Below are positions 15,272 to 28,138 of a stretch of 64,000 nucleotides of DNA, piece by piece. Location of the stretch: NCBI RefSeq assembly GCF_964204645.1, contig NC_134031.1:5270001-5334000 (forward strand). Direction: 5' to 3'. The stretch comes from Tubulanus polymorphus (Eukaryota > Animalia > Nemertea). The notes below the pieces were generated by a model that did no database searches, had not been told where the DNA came from, and was given only the letters and a program-made list of their open reading frames with translations. The number at the start of each line of letters is the position of its first letter. Positions within the stretch are counted from its first letter, which is position 1. The translations under genes and the position numbers were made by a program.

Positions 15272-17584
15272 GTAAATATTTTCATTAAAAAATTGTGGAA
15301 CTGCAGCATTAGCTATCCCGCCAGATGGCGCGACGAGCATTTCTTAAATGATTCGACTTTGAACTGAACATAAATCATCACAAGACACACCAAATATACA
15401 TTGAATTCATCTTTGTACTCGGTTATTGGTATATTAAAAATATTCATAAGTTTAGAGAAAATAGCTAATGACATGGTAAAGATCACCATTTCAAGAGAAG
15501 AGTAGAGATGCCGTGTTTAACCCGGTACCTGATGGGTAAACGTAAAGACGAATAGTACTATGAAAGTTAACTTGATTCTACGAGCTGCCTTTTGTTACCA
15601 GGGCATATAGTGGCTTCATCAGAATATAAGTGTATCAATTCAAAGTAGGCCTCCTATTTTCTTGTCTTTTACTCTCATTCCCACAAAATAGGATACCTGT
15701 CGTAAACTCACGATTCCGTGACTTGTACCCGGTAAGTAGCGGCCTCCGAGCGGAAAATCTAACCGGTATTGATGATAGGGTGTAATCAGCACGTTTTGCA
15801 GCTATAATAGACAATGAACGCAATTCGATAGCTACCACGCGATTTCCAGTCGGCGGTCACGCGAATTTTAACCGCGCGCTACATTAAAACTTGCCCTTTG
15901 CCATCTGTGTCAAATAGCCGTTAATAATGTCACGGAGGCCGAAGACAATTTGTCGTCAATCTGGATGAGTCACTTTTCTTCGTTCGCTTGCCGCGGCTGC
16001 CGTCTGGTTTACGATTCCGTAGATGCGATTCTGACGATGAAAACTGATAACGACGTTTGATTCGCAATTAACGCTTCTATTTTTTGTGATCTGAATATTC
16101 TGAATTGCGTAACTGAAGTCAAAATCTTAAAAGACTTGCAAGCCGTGTAGTCGTTTGGCTCAATACAAGTCTCGTTGTGTACAGAGTTATAAACACAGTT
16201 TAAAAATCTGAATTTTGTTATAGTTCAAGCCGTATATACACCCGATCACCAGTAAGAAATTTTGGATGCCATAGTCGATTTAGGTGGAGGTCGCCATCTT
16301 GAAAGGGTCCAAAAGAATATCATACTGTAAAGCCTCCCTTTAGTGAACACCTCTCTATAATGGAGACCTCCCACAATGGACGTTGCCCGGAACCGAAGGG
16401 GTCCACTGTAGATAGGTTTTGGTATAAAGCTATAAGCGATTTCACAACTAGCAAACATTTAAAATGACTAAAATAGCGCATTTTTCGGGTAAAACAAAGT
16501 TCAAATGCGCTCCTCATTATTCAAGGTTGAAATGAGCACAGAACAATTAGATTTTTATGAGTATGTTTTGAATAAGTGACATATATTTGATACAGTTTTG
16601 GAGAGTCAATGTATAGTTATTCCAAAGTCTAGGAGCAATCCGTGAAAATACTATCCCACCAATATTTCTACAACGGCATTTGACATTATTTTTACGCATA
16701 ATCTTCCTTAATGTACATTTCGATACAAATTTATGCTCATTCGCCTAATATATTAGCCAATCGTACGTACGCACAAACGGGAAGTACCGCATTCAATTTT
16801 TCATGCACGTTTGAATTCGTGGAATGATTTTAATAAGCCGTCGTTCGTTGATCATATGATTTGCGGCGATCGTTCGCACAAATCACGTGAATATCTTCAG
16901 ATTTATCATCGCCGAAAACGAAGGCAGACGAGTGATCCACGATGACCTTCAAGCGCCAGCGCGTCTCCGAAACAATAACCTCTGTAACAGGGGTCCGTAC
17001 AATACTAAATTTATCTTTGAAACGGCGTAATTTATCATTTCACCGGGACACTATCTTCGAAACGTTCTCGGCGAGAGAATCACCCTCCTGTTTGACGCCC
17101 GCTCAATCGATGAAATGATTTAGTGCTATCATGGACCGAGAAATTGCTCTTCGTCATCAAATCGTCGCACAATAAGTTGAAACATGTGAATGGCGGCCAT
17201 GTCGGCGATAAATCTATCTATATCTTAGCCATTTGCCATTTCATAGTTAAACAAAATGTAGAGATGATAAGACTAATATTTGCTTCTTTAGACTTTTGCG
17301 TCGTGGCGCATGCCGTCACTGAAGATTTTCCCGTGACGACTCCTATTTTCTTTAATTTATGATATCTAGAAATACTTAAAGCTGTCCTCATTTCGTATCC
17401 TTGAAAAAAACTTATACTTTTGGCACAAAAGTTAGTTCCCACAAATATTTGAGATTGAAGCCCGTTTTGCTGACCGACTTGTAATAATATTTCTTTAAAG
17501 TTTCAACAGTTTTGTGTTATTTCAGTTTTAATTCATTTGACAGTTAAAATCACAATCCTAATACGTTTTAAGCATGACTCCGAG

Positions 17585-17695
17585 ACCGGTTTTACAAGCT
17601 GTTATTATCTTATTAAACCCGGGAGCTAACTCAATTCATTTTCAATTGAGTTAGCCCGCGGGTTAAAGATAATACCAGTCGATAAAACTGGCCCG
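17585..17695. mobile_element. Palindromic MITE-like repeat, second copy at ~57933-58118
   Basis: Hairpin core gctaactcaattcatt(t/c)tcaattgagtta...ggttaaagataataccag is present in both copies. Confidence 0.65.
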
Positions 17696-20600
17696 CAGGA
17701 CTATGGAACTGGCTTCAGATGTAAAACCAAAGTTGTAATGAAAAAAGTGGTTATATGTGGGCGTAGCAGAGAACTTCTATTCGGTTTCTAGACTTTGGTT
17801 TCCGATTTTCTTTGTTCGTCGTTTCGGCGTCCAATTCTAGATCCTTTTCGAGCATATTTCATTCGGGTATTGTCTAGCAATTCCTCATACATAGTGTATG
17901 CAAAACGTCGACGGAACTATCAGAGCAAACCAAGAGGCAATATTGACGTATCGATACAAACCATCGGAACATCATGGAGAAATAAGAGATAACCCTTACA
18001 TTGCCTTCAGTGGCGTTTATTCCCGACGGAGCAATCTATACAAGCATTTACATCTGATTTCCTGACATATCAATTTCTGGCTAAATCTTCTGATGGGCCG
18101 TGAATACCGGCGTTTCCGACTCTTGCCAGCCTACTGGAGGATCACGGCGGCCTGAATGCGTCGGTCCCCAGGCGGGAACTATATTTAACAACCGGCCAGG
18201 ATTACGGAGATGCTGTATTTGTCAGTTGTTGCGGATTAGCGTTTATCAGTCGTTTTATGATGCCAACAGCGTCGGTCAAAATTCCTCTGCACCGATCTTA
18301 ACAAAGGGAAATGGAGTATTTTCTGGTGACGGAAAATGTCAAATAGTCAGAATTCTTTTTAAAGGTTATTAGATGTATACCCTCCCCAGTGCCCTAAATT
18401 CGTCCATGGGTAAAGATCGTGATTGGCCAGAGTCGTTGGAAAACTATATGTTGATATACACTCCTATCCGAGTGGGTAGGATATGAGCTACACTCAGGAC
18501 TGGTGATGCAGTTGGCGGAGGACTAGACTTTTCAATGCGTTGAGGTGCCAAAAGCTATTTTCTGGCCGTTCACTTTTATCTCTTTACCCATAACCTATAC
18601 AAACTGGATATGCAGTTTGAGTTCTCCCCTGAAATTCAATTCCGCCGTCTGTCATACAGCTTACGTATTGTACCCTAACGCGCCGTGGAGTTCGTCGCTT
18701 TCGTCGTGTTTTCACAATGTTTTCCTGTTTTATTATGCGGAAAACACAATTATCCGTTCGGATAGAACTCGGCGGCGACCACTTTAGTCTTCATAATAGA
18801 GCGCGTATCTTCCGTAATTGAAGAAAAATTGAGAAATATTTTCGGTTTTATTCGGTAATTTCTGCTCGGCGCGGCGTCGCGTCTGCGCCGCGAATATTCC
18901 CAATAAAACGGTCGGCTCCGGCAGCGGCGCGCGCGTGGCTAGCTTTCGATTTTCATCTTTCGACAACAAAGGAAAACATCTTCGGTAATTGTGAGCAACA
19001 ATGCCGCATTTCTTCAGCCAAATTTCCTCGACTATTCGTCGGTAATTCGATTTGCACGAATTCAAGTGGTCGCCGGGGTTCTAGGTTTTGTCCGCGCAGA
19101 CTCCGGCGCGGCGCGTCTCGTAAGTCGCGCACAAAAGATCAAACCAAACGACTACAAAAACGCGCTAAGTATTCATTGCTTTTCATATACAGCACTCAAA
19201 AAAGCACTTAAAAACAGAACAAACCTGGAAATGGATGTTTATCATGGTGCAGTTCGAACGACGACCATTTCCGCGTAATTGACAGTATAATTGGCTGGAT
19301 GATGTTTTCAGTTGAGATGATTTCATCAGCGAAGTCTTAAGTCGTCGGTAACCTGATTACCGATAGCTGGCAGTGAATTCTATTGTCTATCTCGGGGATC
19401 GCCTTAAGCTCGTTGTTGTACAGTCGATTCATTCGTGATTTATGCCGCGACTATCAAACCCAGATCGATGCTACTCGCCGTGCGCTCTCATATTTAATCA
19501 TAAATTGAGGTGTATAATATCAAGCATCCCAGGGCCCGGTTCCATAGTCGAGACTTAAGTCCAAAAAGTGGTGACTAGTATGGTGTGATGGATTTCTTTC
19601 TGTCATAAGAAAATGTTTGAAATACTAGAATTTGAAAATATTCGCAACATAGCGATTTGAAATTCAGAAAAAGTTAATTTCTGTCCCACGCGGCAGCTAG
19701 CCAGTATTCTTAATGACATCCCGATATTGGAATCGGGGCGATGCGTTTGCGCGATCCAGGAATTTAGAATAGCGGGTGCAAAACTTCCTAGACCTGGTGA
19801 ATTTGACTATATTCCTAAAAATTATTGCTCAATAATGTGCTAGCAGTGAAGCTCATGAAAGGGGGTTTGTGGTTCCTCCCAAGAAAAAAGACTGAAAAAT
19901 GATTTGAAAAATGACTGTTTTCCTGGTATGTAAAGGCATTCCGGACCTAGTAGATTTAGTACTTCTAAAAATTATTTTATTCAAATTTTTCTGACTTTAT
20001 TCTGGAATATAGTTGAATACAGCTTGGGTCCGCCCCTGACACGAGAGCGAGTGCCGTATGCGCAAAGGCTTCAAGGGGGTCAAGCGACCTAACCCCCCCC
20101 CCCCTAAGAAAATTTGAAGAAATGCATAATTGAGAGTGAATCTAAAAAAATTGACCCCAGTAATGATTTAATACTAATTGTGTAACTATCTCGGCAAAAA
20201 TTAGGGGCCGGGTCCCCTGGGTCCCCCTAGATCCACCCCCGCCTGGGGAGTTGTCCAGCAAAGGACGACTTCGGAATGGTTGTTATTTGAGACGGTTATT
20301 GATTGTTATCGATTTTATCGTACGTTCAGAAAAATTAGGATAGATTTTACTAGAAGAAAGTAAAGCCTGGTAAATCCTCGCTTACCACAAGTGGATTCAT
20401 CCATTGTCACAGTTATTAAGATTGTCCCCATAAGCTTATGTAACAGATATGTTGATGAAAAGTGTCTTTTTTAATCGGCGTTCACGGTGAAGGCACGTCC
20501 ATTGAACCATGGGAACTCGTGGATATCGAACCTTTCACCTATGACGTATTAATCGTCCTCATCCACCCAGGCTGCATTTTATACACCGAAAAAACCCGTT

Positions 20601-21217
20601 TCAGATTCCTGATAAAACTATACTACAAAAAGTCTATAAAACCACCGCAATATTTCACCCGAGAGACGTAAAAAATGTCCATTCGGCGCCAACGTAGATG
20701 TAAACAATATCTAATACACCACCGAGACGTATATTATGATTTGCATTAACAAGACGCTCGGGACAGCTGCGCTTCAATGTGCACTGTAGTTGTTTTTGTC
20801 TTCGCGTATAATTTACTGCCGTATAAACTTCTTGAACTAGTTTTTCTTTTTCGATTCGAAAGAATTTCTCGCCCCAATAATCAATGCAAAAGATTGAAGG
20901 TTATACGAGGATGCTGATGGGTGGCTATAATCGACCGAGACATCCGGTATAGAAAAACAATCGCTAACCGCTAAACTGATTACAAAACCACGGGTACGTC
21001 AATTTTCGCTCGAATGTCAGTCTATTTCGTAGATTCTCCGCGCCAATCGATTCGGTCATCAGTACAATATAACAATCTTCATATAGATATACATACAATT
21101 AGTAACTTAATCAAGCCCACGAAAAACCAAAGGCTACGTAATGCTGGTCCCCGTAAAAAGTAAAATTGAGTTATTGAGACTTCCTTCTTCCACATCAATC
21201 ACGTCGTTTAGCGATTG

Positions 21218-21410
21218 AAGCGTTGAAGGATTTTCTTGTTACCAAAATCGTCCCTCCACTGGCACAGTGCAAGCGTGGAGAAGTTCTTGACAAAGCGTTG
21301 AAGGATTTTCTTGTTACCAAATTCGCTCCCCGGCCCATTAGCACAGTGCAAGCGTGGGAAATGTCTTCTTGATAAACCGCTGAAGGATTTTCATGTTGTC
21401 AAAAATCGTC
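21218..21410. repeat. Three diverged ~75-85 bp tandem repeats
   Basis: aagcgttgaaggattttcttgttaccaaa...gcacagtgcaagcgtgg recurs at ~21218, ~21294 and (partly) ~21375. Confidence 0.7.
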
Positions 21411-22661
21411 CATCCGCTCAACTTTTATTATGAAGAACGTTCCTACACATTAAAACTATAATACAGTTTCAGTGTAGGAACGTTCTTCCTAATAAAATGA
21501 ATTGTATTGATAAGCCGTTTCTATCTTGAAACTCAAAACGTTCGGGCTGTTTTGCGGGCCTGTGTGTGTGAGAGTTTGATTGTAAAAATTAGCCGTCCCT
21601 GTTGATTCCGTATCTGATAGCGACTGAAACCGTTTCACAGGAGTCAATATAGAAATAAAGATGGCATAATCGGTCCGCTGGGATGTGGCGCGCGGTGCTC
21701 ACAGCTACGACGACTGCGCTAGCCGTATATACCGCGACTCTCGATGGCGCTGCTACACGAGAAAATTGGCCCGAAATTGTGTTTGCCTAATCATTTAGCA
21801 CCGCCGATAGAAAAGTCAGCGCCCAGGAGCGCGCCGTGAATTTATCGAATAAAAATCACGGCAGCCGTTTGTCGCGCGAACTCGCAGAAAGGCATCGGTG
21901 ATTGCGCGCAGAGCCGATCGCCGTTTTATCCCGCGTTCGACGTTTATTGAATTTGATGAGTCAAAATGTTAAATGTCGTAAATTCGATTTAAAACATCGA
22001 AGACGACGACGTCGAACGCGCTGGAGCAGCCCGCGAGAACAGAGATCGACGCAAATTATCGGGCGATGAATTAATAAACGTCGAAAAGAAGCTTTTCGTA
22101 GTTATAGTTGGCTGTGTACAGATATTGGTCTTCTGGAGCGGTTTTCAGGCAGCTTTAGTTTAATGGCTTGAGTAAATGGCTGAATTTCGATAGGATAACA
22201 GAAAAAATATAACAGAGAAATCCATCTAAAGCCAAAATTTGCCTTTTGGCTGCTGAAATACAAACAAACTGCCCTAAACGGACTCTAAAATGATTTCATT
22301 TGAGAGTCCATTGGGTAACTAATAAGTGGAAATCAATAAGCAGAAATAAACTCAGCAAACCACACACATAAACGTTCTTTGCGAAGACACTATACAATGA
22401 CAAGATGGTGGGCTTTATGAAAAAACGTTTGGAAATATTTGGAAGTATCATCCTGTCATTATTCAATATCAAAATTCAAATGAAACGACGTTCTCGCTCC
22501 CAGATCAACGTCGTCAATCCCTCGGCTGGGATTCGAACCTTACGGCATCGTGAGACTCCGTCCCGGCGCGTCGTACTTTAGAATAACGTTTAGACATTCG
22601 TAACGAAACGAATATTCCGAATTTATGTAATTAAATGTTTATCTTAACTTGTGCATTTCAG

Positions 22662-22922
22662 ACAGCGATAGTCAACAGCGCAACAAAACCAAACGGGTGC
22701 GGACGACCTTCACCGAAGAACAGCTACAAGTGCTACAGGCGAATTTCCAGTTGGACAGCAATCCAGACGGACAGGACCTGGAGAGAATAGCGCAGATAAC
22801 CGGTCTCAGCAAACGCGTGACGCAAGTGTGGTTTCAGAATTCTCGAGCGAGGCAAAAGAAACACCAACAACAGACGACTGGTGGCAAAATGGACGGCGCT
22901 TCCCCTCAGTCCGTGCATACAG
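22662..22922 (+). CDS. Awh: Arrowhead/Lhx6-8 exon 5, homeodomain
   Basis: [59 protein letters not shown] is an Awh-type LIM homeodomain; tttcag acceptor, G|GTATGT donor. Confidence 0.97.
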
Positions 22923-23393
22923 GTATGTTCAGTATATCAATTGATACAAATAAATTCTACCGAACAAAATCAAAAATGCATGAATACAAAAAAAGTCATG
23001 TATGTTAAGTACAGAGCATTTTTAAGCTTCGGATTATGTGAAATCATGAAAAATGCTTAATATGTTTGACTGTATTGAGTGCCATATACCTGGGTTGCAA
23101 TATAAAAAAATCGAACTACAGAATCAAGAAAAAACTTATACCTTCGTATTTTTGTAGTTTTTAATTCTCAAATAAATAATGCTTGTATGGAATACCATAT
23201 ACATTCCGAAATAGTTCCTTCAAACTTACCGCAATAAAAACCAAAATAGCTGAATATCATTTGCGACGTTTTCTAGCTATATAAGTCCGGTGATGCTCTT
23301 CTGTACCTATTATAGTAGGATCTCATCTATAATACAAAACATACCCAAAATTGGTGCTTCATTATTCGAATATAAACCCTTTTCTCATTGCAG

Positions 23394-23434
23394 ACGATGG
23401 TGTAGATTGGGGATTATTGGACGAGAGTTCGTAA
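23394..23434 (+). CDS. Awh: Arrowhead/Lhx6-8 terminal coding exon
   Basis: tttctcattgcag acceptor; phase-1 continuation (D)DGVDWGLLDESS then TAA at 23432-23434. Confidence 0.7.
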
Positions 23435-26038
23435 AATCAGGCGGCAACATTCGAACAGCGGCCATTTCGCATTTCATTCGAGAGAGAATTGACTCTTCAT
23501 TGTGGCGTATTCACTCGTCATACTGTTTCGCATTAAGACATTGACAAGAGGAAACTATATGAACTGTGTAACATTAGTGGACAAGGTGCAAAAACTGGAT
23601 TACTCGTCACAGCGTTGAAGAACGTAGTTCGTCTGACGATTTTTTCGTAGTTGGCCGCCGGAAAAGGTTATCGTTTGGACCACGTAGCCATCGCACAGTC
23701 GCAAACTCGACATCGTTAACCTTCGGTTCCGTTTAGGATCTAATAGCCGATCCGCCGTATCCATTTCATCGATTGCGTCATCTTCACCAGTCATCGTTAT
23801 CTTCAAAGTTACTCATTCCAATGTATAAACATAGGTACCGACCCAAAAGGCTTCGGCGAAAATAATCTGATCCAAGTCGCTGTATGAAAACTGCGGGTTA
23901 TTTATTTAGAATTTGCTGTTTGTTTTCCGGGGATATTGGAATATTATACAGACGATCATCGATGTGAATTTGATTGGATAATAAAGGGAAAATCTGTGCT
24001 ACTCGTTTCAAACGCTACGCATCCCTTTTACTGATAAACGAAATTTACCCGAAGCGAGAACGTTTAAAAAGAAATTGAATTATTTTATGTCAGATCGATA
24101 GAGGACCAGTTTCACAAAAAAACCGAAAAGACAATATGAACTCTTGAATAGATATACGTTATTTAATGATTCAGTAAATACTGCACACATTGTATTAAAG
24201 AGTCGATACTTTTTATGAAACCGGTCTCAGGCAATTTGGCCAATGAGGAGCTGCAACACCAGTTATCCCACGAGATGGCGTGACGAGCACTATATCTTAC
24301 GTTTTCAAAATTCAATTTTGAACTGATTTTGTAGGCCTCCTAATCCACGCATTATCACACGACCCACCACATTTACGTCTCCATTTTTCTACTTACTATA
24401 CTATACTACTTACTATTTTCTACTTACAACCTACTTCTTTCAGTTACCGTTTATAATTCAATTATTTGTGAGATATGTTCATTCAACCGACCGAGTAACT
24501 ACTAGCGAACCTAGCGGATCCTCGCTTGCCGTGGAATCCTCAATTGCCGCAGCAGCTCCCCATTCATCCTCGACAGCATCTTTATCAGCGATTTCGACAT
24601 ATGGCTTTCGACATTTTTTTTTGTTTTGTTCCTCGATGTATCGGCACGGATCGCGTGCACACGATGGGCGCTCTTTATGTTTCTGTCATTCTGTTATTAC
24701 TATATGAAAATATATTATATGTACATAAATAGATATAAATATATATGTATATGAACGTAAATAACTATACCAAACGTTGCGGTCGTGTTCATCGCTGCAG
24801 CAGTTTGAAAACTGCGAGGGCCGATGAAAATCTTGTAAATGTCCGACGAAAAATCATAAAATAAAAAGTGGTTTCAATAAGAAGATATCGACGTTGCGTA
24901 AATTTGATTGATTTGTTTTGGAGAAGACACTTCGAACAGACTTTTTCTTTTTCGATAAATGCCACGAGCAATTTGTCATGTTTTGCAACCCGACGAAGAC
25001 GGCAAAGAGGAACAATGTTTTTAGTCCGAAGTATTCCAATAATTCTACATGAAGCCGGACGCATACAAAATATACGAAAAACATTTGAGGCTTCGCGAAC
25101 GTCACCATTATTAGCACGCATGGTTTTTCAGTGCGCAGAACAAAAACAAACGGGTTTCTTTTGGTGTTACGGGAACGTTTTCTGATCGCATCTATTCTTC
25201 TCTGTGTGGCCTCTAAACACGAGGAGGATTGACACTGATTTACGGTACGTGTTGTCTTGTGTATGGACGTGTGTCCTGTGATCAACCGGAGTCCGCCCCT
25301 CTCTCGTCAGCTAACGAGTGATCGTCATCGTTGATGTTGAGTATAGTTTGCGACGATACAACACACGTTATTCTTTCCTCGCGCTATAATTTACATTTCG
25401 GTGCAGATCGTTAACGCGGCCAGATCTGATGAATCAAAAATTTTCTAATGTCTGTATTTTGCCGTATACGCGGGTTCATTACATTTCACTTCTTGATTAT
25501 AGTGTTTTTAGTTAATAGACATCGAAAAACACCCAAGGTTCGAGCTGATTTAAGGGCTCAATGCCACCTGGGAGTGGCCAGATCATTACTCCAAGATGCC
25601 ACGAAGACAATTAAGCCCAGAGTATCATACTGAGGTGTAATTAATAATTTTGCGTGTAGATGTTGATAGAGGGTTCGAACAAGCCCAGAGGGCAAACGAC
25701 CGCGTATTGGTATGGATGAGCTAATCTACAGCGGTGAGGGAGACAGAGAGAGCCATGACCCCCGGGGGCAGTCTGCGGTAATGGTCACTCGGCTGGACGG
25801 AGCAGCAAATAGAATCAGCTTCGTTCCCCATGTGCGCGCGCGAGCGCGGTCGATTGACACGCAAGATTGCTTTGACCCCGAGTCTCATAAATACATCTCA
25901 AAACGGTGACACATTCGGGATCAGGCTCGAGCCGCGATGATTTATAGGGGGCTGTTAGTAATGGTGTTATTCTCTCAAACGGTGTAAAAATTATTCTTCT
26001 ATCACGTTATGAAGGCAATGCCCTTTCCCTTTCGCCCT

Positions 26039-26301
26039 ACCTCTCCCTCTCCATTTCCCTCCCCATCTCCCTCTCCATTTCCCTCTCCATCTCCCTCTCC
26101 ATTTCGCTCTCGCTGTCCTTCTCCCTCTCCCTCTCCCTCTCCCTCTCCCTCTCCCTCTCCCTCTCCCTCTCCCTCTCCCTCTCCCTCTCCCTCTCCCTCT
26201 CCCTCTCCCTCTCCCTCTCCCTCTCCCTCTCCCTCTCCCTCTCCCTCTCCCTCTCCCTCTCCCTCTCCCTCTCCCTCTCCCTCTCCCTCTCCCTCTCCCT
26301 C
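26039..26301 (+). repeat. (CCCTCT)n hexanucleotide microsatellite, near-pure pyrimidine tract
   Basis: About 30 perfect CCCTCT units (26119-26300) preceded by degenerate units. Confidence 0.97.
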
Positions 26302-27220
26302 ACAATCGAGATTCAAATTTCCATACAGGATTTTGACCTACGACTGATTTGGGTTTGGGATTACGCATATACAGCCTCGGAAATGTTTACGGTCAGTCTA
26401 AAGGTGGTTGAAAGACAGCATAGGAAACTAAGAAATGTACCAAGCATAGGTATTTTATTTCGGTTTGTTGCTTCTGAAGGCGGAGTTTCACTGGTGCTAT
26501 GGAGTTTCACTCGGTTGAATTATGAAATTTCGTATTCATATCTAACCATACAAGTGGATTCAAATTCCTTTCATTGAATCGATGGAACGGATTCTGAAGG
26601 TTTACAATGAAGTAGTGAGTAAACAGTAACATATAGATTTTCTAATACTGATAAGTACAAGTGAATTCGAATTCGTGAATAAAACGATCTAACAAATTAA
26701 AATGTAGTATCGAATAACAAGTTCAATCGATGAATTTTCATATTCTGGATGACGGTAGAAGCTTGGAGTAATCATTGGATGATTACTCCAGTAGAAATGG
26801 ATCCAAAATTGAATCGAATATATTGATCGTGTTGGAATTTAATATAGTTATTCAAATTCGTATTTCAAGTTTGAGTTTGACTCAAAGTGGATTCGAATTC
26901 CTCTTGTTTCCTATGGCTGAAAAAATAAACCGAAGCCACTGGAAATATATTTAAGGGAGATCAGCAGAAACAGCAGATCAAGGAAAGGGCCGCGGCTTCG
27001 AATCCAGTTAAACTTCTACTAAACACGTAAGTAATATTCATTTAGATACTGAAGTTATCATTGACTCTAGGACATGGTTTGTACGGGTTGTTCGGATTAT
27101 TGTTTCAGCAATTTCCACGCCACACCCATCAACTAATGGCTCTTGCTATATAGAAAGACATACTAGAGTGTGTATTTTCTTGTGTTTCCAGGTTTAATCA
27201 GTTCCAACACGTTATCTACA

Positions 27221-28138
27221 ATGATCGGTAAGTCACCTTGAATTCATCTTTATTCACTCGTCAAAATGTTTATCATCAACTAAGAAACGGATATACATAT
27301 ACAAGGGTATACTCCGCGTGGATAGAATTTGTCGGTTACTTTTATCAGTTTTTGCAGATAAAGACTCATTAAAAAGTATTAGATTTTCGATATTGCACCC
27401 TCTGTACAGAGCTATGCATCCAGGCTCTGGACGAGTCTTTCATAGTTCATCTCAATATTTTGTAACATAAATTATTATGATACGTAATTATGTTCCATGA
27501 GAATAAAACCAATCAATCTTCGATAGAGAGTTGACTGGTAGGCTGATATAAATGTCTGCATTGAGAATTTATAAGTAAAACCCACAGTTGATTACTTAAT
27601 GATTTATTTTATCCATGACGGTTTTTGAACGTCAACATTGCTACGTTTGTCAACTATGTATGTACAGTAGAACCCGCTTAATTCGGATCATTTGAGACCA
27701 AAATAATCATCCTGATTTCCCTAAATCCGGATGAAGTAATTTCCTTAGACCAAAATCCGGATACAACCGATCCGAATTTAGCGGTTTTGATTCTATACGT
27801 GTATAAGACACTACAAATTCAAAAGCAAACAAATGACATTTCGAACTCTAGATACCATCGTCAGGTGTGGATGAAAATGACTAAAACAGCAGGATGTACG
27901 TACTGAGAAGACCAAGTTAGAAATCATAATAGTCTAATAACTATATCATGTCTATCTTCTTTTTATCTTCTTAGGCCAGGTGCAAAGATTCGTTGTTCCA
28001 CTTTCTGGGATTTTCGCTGCTTTCTGGGCCATGGCTGCTGCCGATGACGAGAACGAAAAAAGAGCAGAGGCTTTTATTCAGAGGCTCATTCGACAAGGGC
28101 CCTATAAACCGTGTTGGGCAGAAAACCCGTGTTCTTAA
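27221..28138 (+). CDS. Small secreted prepropeptide (56 aa); predicted mature 24-mer AEAFIQRLIRQGPYKPCWAENPCS
   Basis: join(27221..27227,27975..28138): ATGATCG|GTAAGT donor, long pyrimidine tract + TTAG acceptor. Translation MIGQVQRFVVPLSGIFAAFWAMAAA-DDENEKR-AEAFIQRLIRQGPYKPCWAENPCS*. Upstream: CCAG acceptor ending 27191, a candidate non-coding exon ending 27026 (GTAAGT) and a TATA-like tatatttaa ~26946. Confidence 0.7.
27663..27797. mobile_element. Tc1/mariner-type MITE remnant in the peptide-gene intron
   Basis: Starts TA-CAGTAGAACCCGCTTAATTCGGATC; ends with the inverted GATCCGAATTTAGCGGTTT...CTA. Confidence 0.55.

Noticed and set aside
24468-25285. Cluster of overlapping 70-140 aa ORFs downstream of Awh
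   Set aside because: No recognisable domains or consistent splice signals; likely 3' UTR or intergenic sequence.
26002-26347. ORFs encoding poly-(EG), poly-(PS) and poly-(RE)
   Set aside because: Translations of the (CCCTCT)n microsatellite; no splice or domain support.
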